NCBI GenBank assembly: GCA_050946115.1 | Contig: JBMNUF010000006.1 | Location: 8,600-72,599, forward strand | Origin: Christensenellales bacterium | GTDB lineage: Bacteria; Bacillota; Clostridia; Christensenellales; Aristaeellaceae | DNA length: 64,000 nucleotides | Reading direction: 5' to 3' | In this document: one piece after another, positions 37,207-46,229 of the stretch | Numbering within the stretch: position 1 is the stretch's first letter | Layout: each line of letters begins with the position of its first letter | The notes under the pieces: model-generated | Database searches by the model: none | Seen by the model: the letters and a program-made list of their open reading frames with translations, nothing else | Told to the model about the DNA's origin: nothing | Made by a program: the position numbers and the translations under genes

Positions 37207-38538
37207 ATGAAGCGTACCCTCGCAATCGTTCTCGCACTCGTCATGGTGCTCCTGCTCGCGGCGCCGGCAATCTCCGAATCGTCCGCCGAAAAGGTGCATC
37301 TGGTGTTCGTGGAGCGCTACGGCAACACCACCCGCACGGCTTCCCTGCGCGGCTTGCTCGACGAGTTTGAACAGCAGAACCCCGACATCGAGATCGAGCT
37401 TATCTCCCCGCCGCTGGAGACCTCCCAGCAGAAGATTTCGCAGATGCTCCTCGCGCAGGACGCGCTGGATATTCTCGAAGTCACCGCGTGGGAATACGGC
37501 AACTATCTCGAAAACGAGTGGCTGCACGACCTGACGGACTACTACGCCAACTATCCCGACAAGGAAACGTTCATCGAGCGCGTTTCCTCGACCCTGCAAG
37601 AGGCGGACGGAAAGTACTACCAGGTGCCGATCGGCTGCTACGAGCGTTTGATCTACTATCGCGTGGACTGGCTGGAGGAATTGGGCTTGACGCTTCCGGA
37701 ACCCGGCCCCGAATGGACGTACGATGCGCTGTTTGAAATCGCGAAGGCGATGACCGACCCCGAAAAGGGGCGCTACGGCTGGGCGCTGCGCGGCGGCGGA
37801 AACAGCTATCAGCAGTTTATCGAGCAGGTCATGGAGGCGAACATCGGCTGGGACAACCTCCTGTCCGACGCCGAATACCGCTTTACCGCAGACGGCAAGT
37901 CGATCTACCGGAGCGAAGCCGCCAAAAAGGGCGTCGAGTTCCAGCGGAAGTTCTACGAGGAGTGCTGCCCGAAGGATTCCATCGCGTGGCTGTTTACCGA
38001 CCAGGTGACGGCGTTCGCCTCGGGCGTGTGCGGCCTGCTCATGCAGGATTCCGACTGCATCGGCACCTTTAAGGCGGAGATGGAGGAGGGCACTTGGGCG
38101 ACCTACCCGATGCCCGTGGACGCGGAGACCGGCTGCGGCATGATCGGCAAGGGCGCGGACGGCTGGGCGATGACTGCCCACACCAAGCACCCTGACGAGG
38201 CGTGGCGCGTGTTGGCGTATCTCGGTTCGCCCGAGATCAATACCCGCTTCTGCAAGGATTACGGCGTAATCCCCATCCATACGACGGCTTCGGAATATGA
38301 CGAGGAGTTCAAGACCGGCTACTACGCGCCGTATATCTTCATGTTCTCGCACCCCGAGATGTATCACCCGCTCGGCGGCGTGAATCTGCCGTACTCCTCC
38401 TTCTTTTCCGAGTTCGGCGATTCCTCCGATACGGATCTGCAGAATTTCCTGATGGGCAACCTCGACGCGGACGCCATGCTTCTGAAGTGGGCGGAGCAGT
38501 GGGAGGCGGCTCGCGAGGAATTCGGCGGCCTCGAATAA
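37207..38538 (+). CDS. Sugar ABC transporter substrate-binding protein (family-1 SBP, CUT1-like)
   Basis: 443 aa with signal peptide MKRTLAIVLALVMVLLLAAPAIS. GAGGAGGA RBS. Followed by two MalF/MalG-type permease genes. Confidence 0.85.
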   Translation: MKRTLAIVLALVMVLLLAAPAISESSAEKVHLVFVERYGNTTRTASLRGLLDEFEQQNPDIEIELISPPLETSQQKISQMLLAQDALDILEVTAWEYGNYLENEWLHDLTDYYANYPDKETFIERVSSTLQEADGKYYQVPIGCYERLIYYRVDWLEELGLTLPEPGPEWTYDALFEIAKAMTDPEKGRYGWALRGGGNSYQQFIEQVMEANIGWDNLLSDAEYRFTADGKSIYRSEAAKKGVEFQRKFYEECCPKDSIAWLFTDQVTAFASGVCGLLMQDSDCIGTFKAEMEEGTWATYPMPVDAETGCGMIGKGADGWAMTAHTKHPDEAWRVLAYLGSPEINTRFCKDYGVIPIHTTASEYDEEFKTGYYAPYIFMFSHPEMYHPLGGVNLPYSSFFSEFGDSSDTDLQNFLMGNLDADAMLLKWAEQWEAAREEFGGLE

Positions 38539-38558
38539 GTAAACCATCGGTTTCGGAG

Positions 38559-38588
38559 ATTTGGGAGGGCTTGCCCTCCCAAATTTTT
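38559..38588 (+). terminator. Intra-operon intrinsic-terminator-like hairpin directly after the SBP gene
   Basis: atttgggaggg cttg ccctcccaaat forms an 11-bp stem, followed by a T-run. Confidence 0.7.
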
Positions 38589-38615
38589 GGAATGGGCAAA
38601 AGGAGTGGCGATGCT

Positions 38616-39545
38616 ATGTCGGCGAAGAAGCCCCTGCGCGGACAAAAAAGCGCAAACCCCAAGCGCGACCGCATTTTCATCGCGTGCATGCTCTTTCCGG
38701 GCATCGCGATGGTCGCACTGTTTTATTACTACCCTTTTCTGAGCGGCATTCCCAATGCCTTCAAATACTACAACCTGTTCCGCATCAAGCGCACGCGCTG
38801 GATCGGCTTGGACAATTTCGTCGAGCTGTTTACGGAGCGGGAGTTTCTGCTCACGCTCTCCAACACGGCGCAGTGGGTGTTCGTATCGCTGTTTTTCCAG
38901 TTTATGATCGGCTTCGTGCTCGCGATGTTTCTGAAAAAGCCGTTTCGCGGGCGCGGCGTATACCAGGGCGCGATCTTCTTCCCGTGGGCGGTATCCGGTT
39001 TTCTGATCGGCATACTGTGGCGGTGGATGTATAACGCGGCGTACGGCCCCATCAACGGGCTTTTGCTCGCGCTCGGCATTACGGATGCCGCAAACCCGAT
39101 CGGCTTTTTGTCGGACATGTCGCTGGCGATGCCGTCCGTCATCGCGACAAACGTGTGGTACGGCATCGCGTTTTTTACCATCATGATCCAGGCGGCACTG
39201 CAGGGCGTTCCCGACGAGCTGTACGAGGCATCGAGGGTGGACGGGGCGACCAAGCCGCAGCAGTTCTTCCACATCACGCTGCCGTACATCTATCCCGTAT
39301 TGATTTTGACGACGCTCTTGCGTTCGATCTGGATATTCAATTTTGCGGACCTCATCTACTCCATCACGCGCGGGGGTCCCGGCGGCTCGACGGAGATCAT
39401 GACGAGCTATATGCTGAACCTGATCATGTTCCAGTCCAACTACGGCAAGGCGAGCGCCGTGGGGCTGATCATCATCCTATTGCTGCTCGCGTGGTCGGTT
39501 TTGTATCTCAAGATTTCACGCTTTGAAGAGGGGAGTGAGTTTTAA
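38616..39545 (+). CDS. Sugar ABC transporter permease (MalF/UgpA type)
   Basis: Start at MSAKKPLRG, after an AAAGGAG RBS. Six TM with a BPD_transp_1 core (EASRVDGA). Confidence 0.85.
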   Translation: MSAKKPLRGQKSANPKRDRIFIACMLFPGIAMVALFYYYPFLSGIPNAFKYYNLFRIKRTRWIGLDNFVELFTEREFLLTLSNTAQWVFVSLFFQFMIGFVLAMFLKKPFRGRGVYQGAIFFPWAVSGFLIGILWRWMYNAAYGPINGLLLALGITDAANPIGFLSDMSLAMPSVIATNVWYGIAFFTIMIQAALQGVPDELYEASRVDGATKPQQFFHITLPYIYPVLILTTLLRSIWIFNFADLIYSITRGGPGGSTEIMTSYMLNLIMFQSNYGKASAVGLIIILLLLAWSVLYLKISRFEEGSEF

Positions 39546-40378
39546 TGCACAAAACCTCCGCGGGATACAAAATCGCAAAGGTCACGGTGCTGACGGTGTT
39601 TCTGGTGCTGATCGTGTTTCCGTTTTACTGGATTCTGATCACGTCGTTCAAGGCTCCGGGCGAAATCTATTCCACGCCCGTAACCTTCTTCCCGCAAACC
39701 TTTTCCACCGTGAACTACGAAAACCTCTTCAAATCGCTCGATTTCGGGCGGTATATCGCAAACTCCATCGTAGTTTCGCTCGTTGCATCCACATGCTCGA
39801 CGGCGATCGCTCTGTGCGGCGCGTATGTGCTGGCGCGGTTCAATTTTCGCGGAAAGCAGGCAGTGATCTATTTCTATTTGATTACGCAGATGCTTCCGTC
39901 CTTCATCGGGCTTGCGCCGCTGTACCAGATGCTCTCCGCGTGGAAGATGATCAACTGGCTGCCCACGCTCATGATCCTCTCCACGACGTTTTTGATCCCG
40001 TACAGCGTGATCACGATCCGCGGATTCTTGCTGCGCGTGCCGCGCTCGCTCGAAGAGAGCGCGATGATCGACGGCTGCGGGCGGCTGCGCGCGATGTTCA
40101 ACATCGTCTTCCCGCTGATTCTGCCGGGCATTTCCGCGACGTTTATCTTCTGCTTCGTGCAGGACTGGAACGACCTGTTCAGTCCGGTTTTGTACATGAA
40201 CAGCCAGTCGAACTACACTATCCCCGTCGCGCTCAATTACATGGTGCAAAAAAACGACATCAAGTGGGGTGAATTGTCCGCCGGCGCGGTCATCGCGATC
40301 GTTCCGACGGTAATCATGTTCGCGTTTGCGCAAAAATACGTCGCCTCGGGCATGCTGGCGGGCGCAATCAAGGAATAA
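39545..40378 (+). CDS. Sugar ABC transporter permease (MalG/UgpE type)
   Basis: 277 aa. TAATG overlap with the upstream gene. ESAMIDGC motif. Confidence 0.88.
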   Translation: MHKTSAGYKIAKVTVLTVFLVLIVFPFYWILITSFKAPGEIYSTPVTFFPQTFSTVNYENLFKSLDFGRYIANSIVVSLVASTCSTAIALCGAYVLARFNFRGKQAVIYFYLITQMLPSFIGLAPLYQMLSAWKMINWLPTLMILSTTFLIPYSVITIRGFLLRVPRSLEESAMIDGCGRLRAMFNIVFPLILPGISATFIFCFVQDWNDLFSPVLYMNSQSNYTIPVALNYMVQKNDIKWGELSAGAVIAIVPTVIMFAFAQKYVASGMLAGAIKE

Positions 40379-40381
40379 AGT

Positions 40382-40420
40382 ATGGGCGGGTATCGGATTT
40401 TCCGACCCCGCCCATTTTTT
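40382..40420. terminator. Intrinsic terminator between convergent genes
   Basis: atgggcggg / cccgcccat forms a 9-bp stem, followed by tttttt. Confidence 0.75.
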
Positions 40421-40426
40421 GTTCCG

Positions 40427-40936
40427 TCATAGAAAGCGCTTTTCGATTTCTCGCACCTGTCGACTGTTTTTCACGACGAAGGTCTTGTGCGGATACCTGC
40501 GCTGCAGCTCGAGGTAGCGCCCCTTCGAAGTACGGCTCCTTCCTTTCCAAAGCACCCATTTCACGAATTCCAGGTCTACCTTCTCGTTACAACCCTGTGC
40601 CATATCGGGGCGCGACGTGTTTCGGTAGCGGATATAGCGCTTGATCACGCGGAAAAGCGAAACCATGCGCGGAAACAGCATTTCGATGATGATGTCCGCT
40701 TCCTCCATGCGCCTCTCGTAGGAGAGTTTCGAGTAATTCCCGTCGATTACCCACGCATCGTGCGTGTCCAAGAACTCGCGCACGATTGCTTCCTTTTCTT
40801 CCTGCGGGCGTATCGCCCAATCGGGCAGAAACTGCACCGTATCGATGTGCAGAACCTCGATACCGAGCCTTTCGGCGATCTTCCGCGCAAGCGTGGATTT
40901 GCCGGAGCCGCTGTATCCGATGACGGCGATTTTCAT
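40427..40936 (-). CDS. P-loop NTPase, adenylate-kinase-like / topology-modulation (FlaR-like) family
   Basis: 169 aa starting at MKIAVIGYSGSGKSTLARKIAERLG (Walker A). The start overlaps the upstream stop (TAATG). Confidence 0.7.
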   Translation of the reverse strand: MKIAVIGYSGSGKSTLARKIAERLGIEVLHIDTVQFLPDWAIRPQEEKEAIVREFLDTHDAWVIDGNYSKLSYERRMEEADIIIEMLFPRMVSLFRVIKRYIRYRNTSRPDMAQGCNEKVDLEFVKWVLWKGRSRTSKGRYLELQRRYPHKTFVVKNSRQVREIEKRFL

Positions 40937-42045
40937 TATGCGTTCTGTTCCTTCGAGCGGAGGAAATCGTCCAGCGCGGCCTGCGCACCGTATGCGGCGG
41001 TTGCGCTGACTACATAGTCTGGCAGCTTGCGGTACGAGCCGTTGATGCACTCGCAGCAGCCGTTTTCCGCAAAATCCTCGAGCGCGTCGCTCAGCGCGAG
41101 GGATGCTTGCTGGGGATATTCGGGCAGCAGCGCGCAGACGAGCCATTTAAGCGGCGTCGCCCAGTACGCGCCGTTTTGGTACGTGCCAAACGGCACGTCG
41201 ATGAGGAATTTCTCCCATGACTCGTCCTTGTAGAGATGGCGAAGCTGCCCATTTTGCGTAAGCAGGTCGTATTCTGCCATGAGCGCGTTGCGAAGGGACG
41301 CTATGCGCTTTTCGCTGAGCGGGAAGCCGATCGCGAGGGCGTAGCACGCCGCCCACACGTCCTCCTGCCTGCAGTCGACCGTCGCCGCATAGGGGAAGAT
41401 GTTGCCGTCCGGGAAAAAGACCTCCTCAAAATGCGCTTCCATGTCGGAGGCGATTTTTGCGAACTCCTCATCGCCCCAGCCGGCGGCGATTTTGCACGCC
41501 CTGTAATGTATAAGCGATTCAAAGGCGCAAAGCCCCGTCTTGCAGATGCAGTCCGTAAAGCCATATGGGGAGTGCGGGGATTCGGGGTCGTTATACACGA
41601 GCCCGTTTTCCGAAAGCGGCGTCGCGCGCAGGGCGCGGATGAGCGCGTCGTGCCACTTGTGCAAAAAGGCGTCGCCGTCCTCGGGCGCGGCGAGCTCCCG
41701 ATACCTTTCGGTCGCGATTACCGCGAAGGCATTGTCGTCCAAATTGGCGCGCGCACGCCCCGTTTCGTCCATATCGCCCGCGGTATAGCAGACGGTGCCA
41801 TCGGCATAGACGCGGTCGGGAATCCAGCCGTCTTCCTTTCGCGCGTGGGAAAACAGGTATTCGAGGCAGGCGCAAATCTCCTCGGGATCGAACAGATCGC
41901 CTGCGTCTTCGATCATATAGGAAAAATCGCGCATCCACAGCGCGGCATAGCTACCCGCGCCGTCAGGGGTGTAGAGTTTTAACCCGTTCGGGGTCGTTAT
42001 GACGCTGCCTTGCAGCTGTTTAAGTGCGAGTTGACGTGCATCCAT
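40936..42045 (-). CDS. Six-hairpin (alpha/alpha)6-barrel glycoside-hydrolase-like protein, family not assigned
   Basis: 369 aa starting at MDARQLALKQ, after an AGGAGGAGG RBS. WMRDFSYM, GWIPDR and YQNGAYWATP motifs are reminiscent of six-hairpin glycosidases. Assigned by eye only. Confidence 0.5.
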   Translation of the reverse strand: MDARQLALKQLQGSVITTPNGLKLYTPDGAGSYAALWMRDFSYMIEDAGDLFDPEEICACLEYLFSHARKEDGWIPDRVYADGTVCYTAGDMDETGRARANLDDNAFAVIATERYRELAAPEDGDAFLHKWHDALIRALRATPLSENGLVYNDPESPHSPYGFTDCICKTGLCAFESLIHYRACKIAAGWGDEEFAKIASDMEAHFEEVFFPDGNIFPYAATVDCRQEDVWAACYALAIGFPLSEKRIASLRNALMAEYDLLTQNGQLRHLYKDESWEKFLIDVPFGTYQNGAYWATPLKWLVCALLPEYPQQASLALSDALEDFAENGCCECINGSYRKLPDYVVSATAAYGAQAALDDFLRSKEQNA

Positions 42046-42081
42046 GGATGTTGTCGCCTCCTCCTTTGCTTTCCATGCGAT

Positions 42082-42110
42082 ATTATAGACGATTTTGGCC
42101 CGTTTGTCAA
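42082..42110 (-). promoter_or_regulatory. Sigma-A type promoter TTGACA-17-TATAAT (perfect consensus)
   Basis: On the minus strand: -35 at 42110-42105, -10 at 42087-42082. It supports the 42045 start. Confidence 0.7.
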
Positions 42111-42123
42111 ATCCGTCGCCGTA

Positions 42124-42152
42124 TTGACAGCGCGCCGCCGCCGTGCTACTAT
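42124..42152 (+). promoter_or_regulatory. Sigma-A type promoter TTGACA-17-TACTAT, divergent
   Basis: Hexamers at 42124-42129 and 42147-42152 with a 17-nt spacer. Confidence 0.6.
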
Positions 42153-42183
42153 ACGGATATACGAATCGAAGGGGGATAAGCCG

Positions 42184-43137
42184 ATGGAGGTATATATCAC
42201 CGGCATCACGGGGAAGACGGGGCGGCATTTGCTGAAACACCTGGAAGAAAATCGGGAGCTGTGTGGAACGTGGCGCTTTTTCGTCTCCGTACGCGAAAAA
42301 AGCGATGTGGCGGCATTGGACGCATCGCCGCTTGCGATAGAAAAGTGCTACGGCGACCTGAAGGATTCGGGGTATGCCCGGCGCTTCTTGGGAAGCGGAG
42401 AATCAGGCGCGGAGAAGGTGCTCCTGCACATCGCGAGCATCGACTATACGCTCCCCCTCGCGGAGGCCGCGATCGAAAACGGCTTTTCCCGCCTTATCCT
42501 CGTGCACACGACGGGCATCTATTCCAAATACAAGGCGGCGGGCGAGAGGAAGCGCAACATCGAACATTCGCTGCGCGAAATGCTCGAGGGCAAAAACATC
42601 TCGCTTTCCATCCTGCGCCCGACGATGATATACGGCACGACGAACGACCAAAACATTGCGGTTTTTTTGCGCATGGTCGATGTTTTACGCCTTTTCCCCG
42701 TCATCGGCGGCGCGAAATACAAGCTGCAGCCCGTGTGGTGCGGCGACCTCGGATGGGCGTACGGCGAAATCCTGCTGCATCCCGAAAAGACGCTGGGCAA
42801 AGACTACATCCTATCGGGCGCGGAGCCGATCCTCCTCATCGATGTTCTGAAAATCTTATCGGAATATCTCGGAAAGCGCACGGTGTTCTTCAATGTGCCG
42901 TTTCGCTTCGCGTATTTCGGCGCGGTTTCGCTGTACCATGTCGCGAGGTTGTTCGGCAAAAAGGCGGATTTCCGCGAAAAGGTGCAACGGTTGTGCGAGG
43001 ACAGAGATTTCCCGCACGACGAGGCGGCGCGGGATTTCGGCTTTTCGCCCGTCGGCTTTCGCGAGGGCGTGAAGGAAGAGGTGGAAATGTATATCCAAGA
43101 AAAGAAAAAAGGGCGTCGTTCCCATAATAAACTATAA
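42184..43137 (+). CDS. NAD(P)-binding Rossmann-fold protein (atypical SDR / NAD-dependent epimerase-dehydratase-like)
   Basis: 317 aa starting at MEVYITGITGKTGRHLLKHL (GxxGxxG). YxxxK-type region IYSKYKAAGE. Confidence 0.7.
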   Translation: MEVYITGITGKTGRHLLKHLEENRELCGTWRFFVSVREKSDVAALDASPLAIEKCYGDLKDSGYARRFLGSGESGAEKVLLHIASIDYTLPLAEAAIENGFSRLILVHTTGIYSKYKAAGERKRNIEHSLREMLEGKNISLSILRPTMIYGTTNDQNIAVFLRMVDVLRLFPVIGGAKYKLQPVWCGDLGWAYGEILLHPEKTLGKDYILSGAEPILLIDVLKILSEYLGKRTVFFNVPFRFAYFGAVSLYHVARLFGKKADFREKVQRLCEDRDFPHDEAARDFGFSPVGFREGVKEEVEMYIQEKKKGRRSHNKL

Positions 43138-43185
43138 AAATAGTCATATAGCCCAAATAATTTTGAAAATATCGGCAGAAAACAC

Positions 43186-43214
43186 TTGACATATGAGGTA
43201 GAGGTGATTAAAAT
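43186..43214 (+). promoter_or_regulatory. Sigma-A type promoter TTGACA-17-TAAAAT for the atypical Opp-family operon
   Basis: Hexamers at 43186-43191 and 43209-43214 with a 17-nt spacer. Confidence 0.65.
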
Positions 43215-43273
43215 AGAAATAGGGTTATGCGGAACTTTTCGCATGACAACCACAATATAGGAGGGTCAAGCAT

Positions 43274-45094
43274 ATGAAGAAATTCCTTTCCCTCGCGCTG
43301 GCATTGATGCTGGTGCTCGCCTCCACGACGGCGTTTGCCGTGGAAATCGAGCTGCCGCGTCACGAAACCTTCTACGAGAACGGTCAGCAGTGGGGCGCGC
43401 CCACCAGCTACAACCTGTACAACACGGCGGGACAGGGCTGGCCGGGAACTGGCGGCGCCCGCATGGTCATCTACGAGGCGCTGTACATGTACAACGTCCT
43501 CACCAACCAGAACGAGCCGCTCCTGGCGGACGGCGACATGGTGTGGGAAGATGAGTACAACGCCGTCGTGAAGATCAAGCCGGCGGCGCACTGGAACGAC
43601 GGCGAAGCGCTCACGGCGGACGACGTCGTTTGGACGTTCGAATCCGCGAAGACGGTCACCACCGGCTGGTCGGACTTTTGGACGTGGGTGGAGAAGGTCG
43701 AGAAGGTGGACGATTACACCGTCCGCTTCACCATCATTGAAGAGCCGTACAACCTGTACAAGCTGCCCCAGCTGTTGGCCAACACGTCCATCGTGCCCGA
43801 GCACATTTGGGCGCCCATCTTTGAAGCCTGTGAGAACGACGGCGCCAAGATTGCGGCGCTGTTCTGCGACAGCCTGGATCAGACTTTCTGCGGCGTCTCC
43901 GACGCTGGAGAGTACTATGTCGTGTCCTCTGGCCCCTACAAGGTCTATTACTACGACGCGACCCGCATCGTCTGCATCCGCGACGACAACTATTGGGGCC
44001 AGGATGCCTCTATGTTCGGCAAGCTCCCCGCGCCCAAGTACCTCGCGCACATGATTTATTCGGACAATGCCGCGGGCAACCTCGCCTTCCAGAACGGCGA
44101 AATCGACAACGCGCAGCAGTTCATGGAGTCCGTGTGGGTGCTGATGGACAACATGAAGGATGAAAACGGCAATTCCCTCGTCAAGACCTATTTTGACGAG
44201 AAGCCCTATCACCTTGGCTACTCGATGCCCTCTCTGATCTTCAATTTGACCAGGCCGGGCCTCAACGACTATGCGATCCGCAAGGCGATTGCCCTCTGCC
44301 TCGACTTTGAGGCGATCGCCACCAATGCGATGAGCGGCTACACCGAGGACATCGTGCCCTCCCTGTTCAACGCCTATGTCTACGGCCAGTATTTGGATAC
44401 CACGAACGAGGAGTATATGGCGCTGCGCTGGGATACCACCGACCTCGACGGCAACCGCGAAGCCGCGAAGGCGCTGCTCGACGAAGCGGGCTACGTCGAT
44501 ATCGATGGCGACGGACTGCGCGAGATGCCCGACGGCACCAAGATCGAGTGGAAGGCTGAGTGCCCCGACGGATGGTCCGACTGGAACGCCTCTTTGGAGA
44601 TTCTGTGTGAATCCGCCAAGGAAATCGGGCTCAACATCGTGACGTATTTCCCCGAGTCCTCCGTATACTCGAACGACAACCAGTACGGCGATTTTGACAT
44701 CGCGATGGGTTCCCCGCAGCCCGGCGGATCCGTCGCGAACCCGTGGAACATCGCGTACAACATCCTGTACACCGCATCTCCCGTGGGTGAATACACCAAC
44801 CGCAACTACGGGCGCTACAGCAATCCCGAAGTCGACGCCCTGATCGACGAAGCGGCGAGCGTAAGCGACCTTGAGACCATGAAGGAGATCTGCACCGAGA
44901 TCGACATGATCTACCTGTCCGAGCTGCCCACCGTGCCGCTCATGTATCGTCCGCAGAACTTCCACACCTCCTACTCCAAGTACTGGAAGGGCTTTGCCAC
45001 GGCGAATGACGGCACGAATACGCCGCCCCTGAACCTGACGGACTCTGCCGGCTACAAGGAGCTCTTTATGATCGAGCCCACCGGCGTCCAATAA
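43274..45094 (+). CDS. ABC transporter substrate-binding protein, SBP family 5 (606 aa)
   Basis: Signal peptide MKKFLSLALALMLVLASTTAFA. AGGAGGG RBS. Family-5 SBP-like sequence. Confidence 0.88.
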   Translation: MKKFLSLALALMLVLASTTAFAVEIELPRHETFYENGQQWGAPTSYNLYNTAGQGWPGTGGARMVIYEALYMYNVLTNQNEPLLADGDMVWEDEYNAVVKIKPAAHWNDGEALTADDVVWTFESAKTVTTGWSDFWTWVEKVEKVDDYTVRFTIIEEPYNLYKLPQLLANTSIVPEHIWAPIFEACENDGAKIAALFCDSLDQTFCGVSDAGEYYVVSSGPYKVYYYDATRIVCIRDDNYWGQDASMFGKLPAPKYLAHMIYSDNAAGNLAFQNGEIDNAQQFMESVWVLMDNMKDENGNSLVKTYFDEKPYHLGYSMPSLIFNLTRPGLNDYAIRKAIALCLDFEAIATNAMSGYTEDIVPSLFNAYVYGQYLDTTNEEYMALRWDTTDLDGNREAAKALLDEAGYVDIDGDGLREMPDGTKIEWKAECPDGWSDWNASLEILCESAKEIGLNIVTYFPESSVYSNDNQYGDFDIAMGSPQPGGSVANPWNIAYNILYTASPVGEYTNRNYGRYSNPEVDALIDEAASVSDLETMKEICTEIDMIYLSELPTVPLMYRPQNFHTSYSKYWKGFATANDGTNTPPLNLTDSAGYKELFMIEPTGVQ

Positions 45095-45127
45095 TCGCAA
45101 CGCCAAAGCATGACAGATGCCGGGGGA

Positions 45128-45151
45128 CTTCGGTTCCCCGGCTTTGCCTTA
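45128..45151 (+). terminator. Intra-operon hairpin after the SBP gene (10-bp stem, UUCG tetraloop)
   Basis: gccgggggac ttcg gttccccggc, followed by tttgcc. Confidence 0.55.
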
Positions 45152-45188
45152 AAAGGCACTCGAATACGGCGCAGAAGGGTGATAGCGT

Positions 45189-46226
45189 ATGAAAGGCTAC
45201 CTGAAATACCTCGGCAGGAAGCTCGGCTGGTATCTGTTCACGTTTGTGATCGCGCTGCTGCTGAATTTCTTCCTGCCAAGGTTGATTCCCGGAAACCCGG
45301 TCATGCTGATTTTGGGTGAAATGTCCAAGGGCATGACCGACATGAACAAGTATCAGAAGATCTACAACGAATTCATGCAGTACTTCGGCTTGGATAAGCC
45401 GATGTGGCGGCAGTTTATTCAATATGTCGGGAACCTGTTTCAAGGGGACCTCGGCGTCTCCTTTACGGAGTATCCCAGAACCGTCGCCTCCCTTATTTTG
45501 GAAAAGCTCCCCTATACGCTCGCGATACAGCTTCCCTCCATCGTGGTCGGCTGGCTCGTGGGAAATATTTTGGGTGCCGTTGCGGCATACAAAAAGGGGG
45601 TCTTTGACAAGGTGCTCTTCCCGTTTGCGCTTGGGGTTTCCTCCATCCCTTCATTCATCCTGTCGTTTGTGCTATTGTTCCTGTTCGGAATGCAGCTGAA
45701 GATCTTCCCGCTCAGCAACGCCTATGCCTACGACATGATTCCGAGCTATGTGCGCGTCGGGTTTCTGACGCTTCCGAGCTGGCCGTTTTTCGTATCGCTG
45801 CTCTACCATTGGACGCTGCCGTTTTTATCGACCGTCATCACCATGATCGGCGGCCAGGCGATCGGCATGCGCTCGATGTCGCTGTATGAACTCAATGCGG
45901 ACTACGTGCTGTACTCGAAGCTTTTGGGCATCCGCGATCGGAAAATCACGAGATACGTATTCCGAAACGCCGTGCTGCCGCAGATTACCGGGCTCGCGCT
46001 TTCCATCGGCTCGTGCGTGGGCGGCGCGCTGATCGTGGAAATGGTCTTTTCCTATCCGGGCATCGGGAGCATGCTCTACAAGGCCGTCCGCAACGTGGAC
46101 TATACGCTGATTTCCGGCTGCACGCTCATGATCACCTGCACCGTGCTCGTAGCGAACTTTCTCGTGGAAGTGGTGTACGGTCTTCTCGACCCGCGCGTTC
46201 GCAGTGCGCAGACAGAGGAGGGCTGA
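45189..46226 (+). CDS. Opp/Dpp-family ABC permease (B type)
   Basis: 345 aa. N-terminus KGYLKYLGRKLGWYLFTFVIALLLNFFLPRLIPGNP, BPD_transp_1 core. Confidence 0.88.
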   Translation: MKGYLKYLGRKLGWYLFTFVIALLLNFFLPRLIPGNPVMLILGEMSKGMTDMNKYQKIYNEFMQYFGLDKPMWRQFIQYVGNLFQGDLGVSFTEYPRTVASLILEKLPYTLAIQLPSIVVGWLVGNILGAVAAYKKGVFDKVLFPFALGVSSIPSFILSFVLLFLFGMQLKIFPLSNAYAYDMIPSYVRVGFLTLPSWPFFVSLLYHWTLPFLSTVITMIGGQAIGMRSMSLYELNADYVLYSKLLGIRDRKITRYVFRNAVLPQITGLALSIGSCVGGALIVEMVFSYPGIGSMLYKAVRNVDYTLISGCTLMITCTVLVANFLVEVVYGLLDPRVRSAQTEEG

Positions 46227-46229
46227 TTC

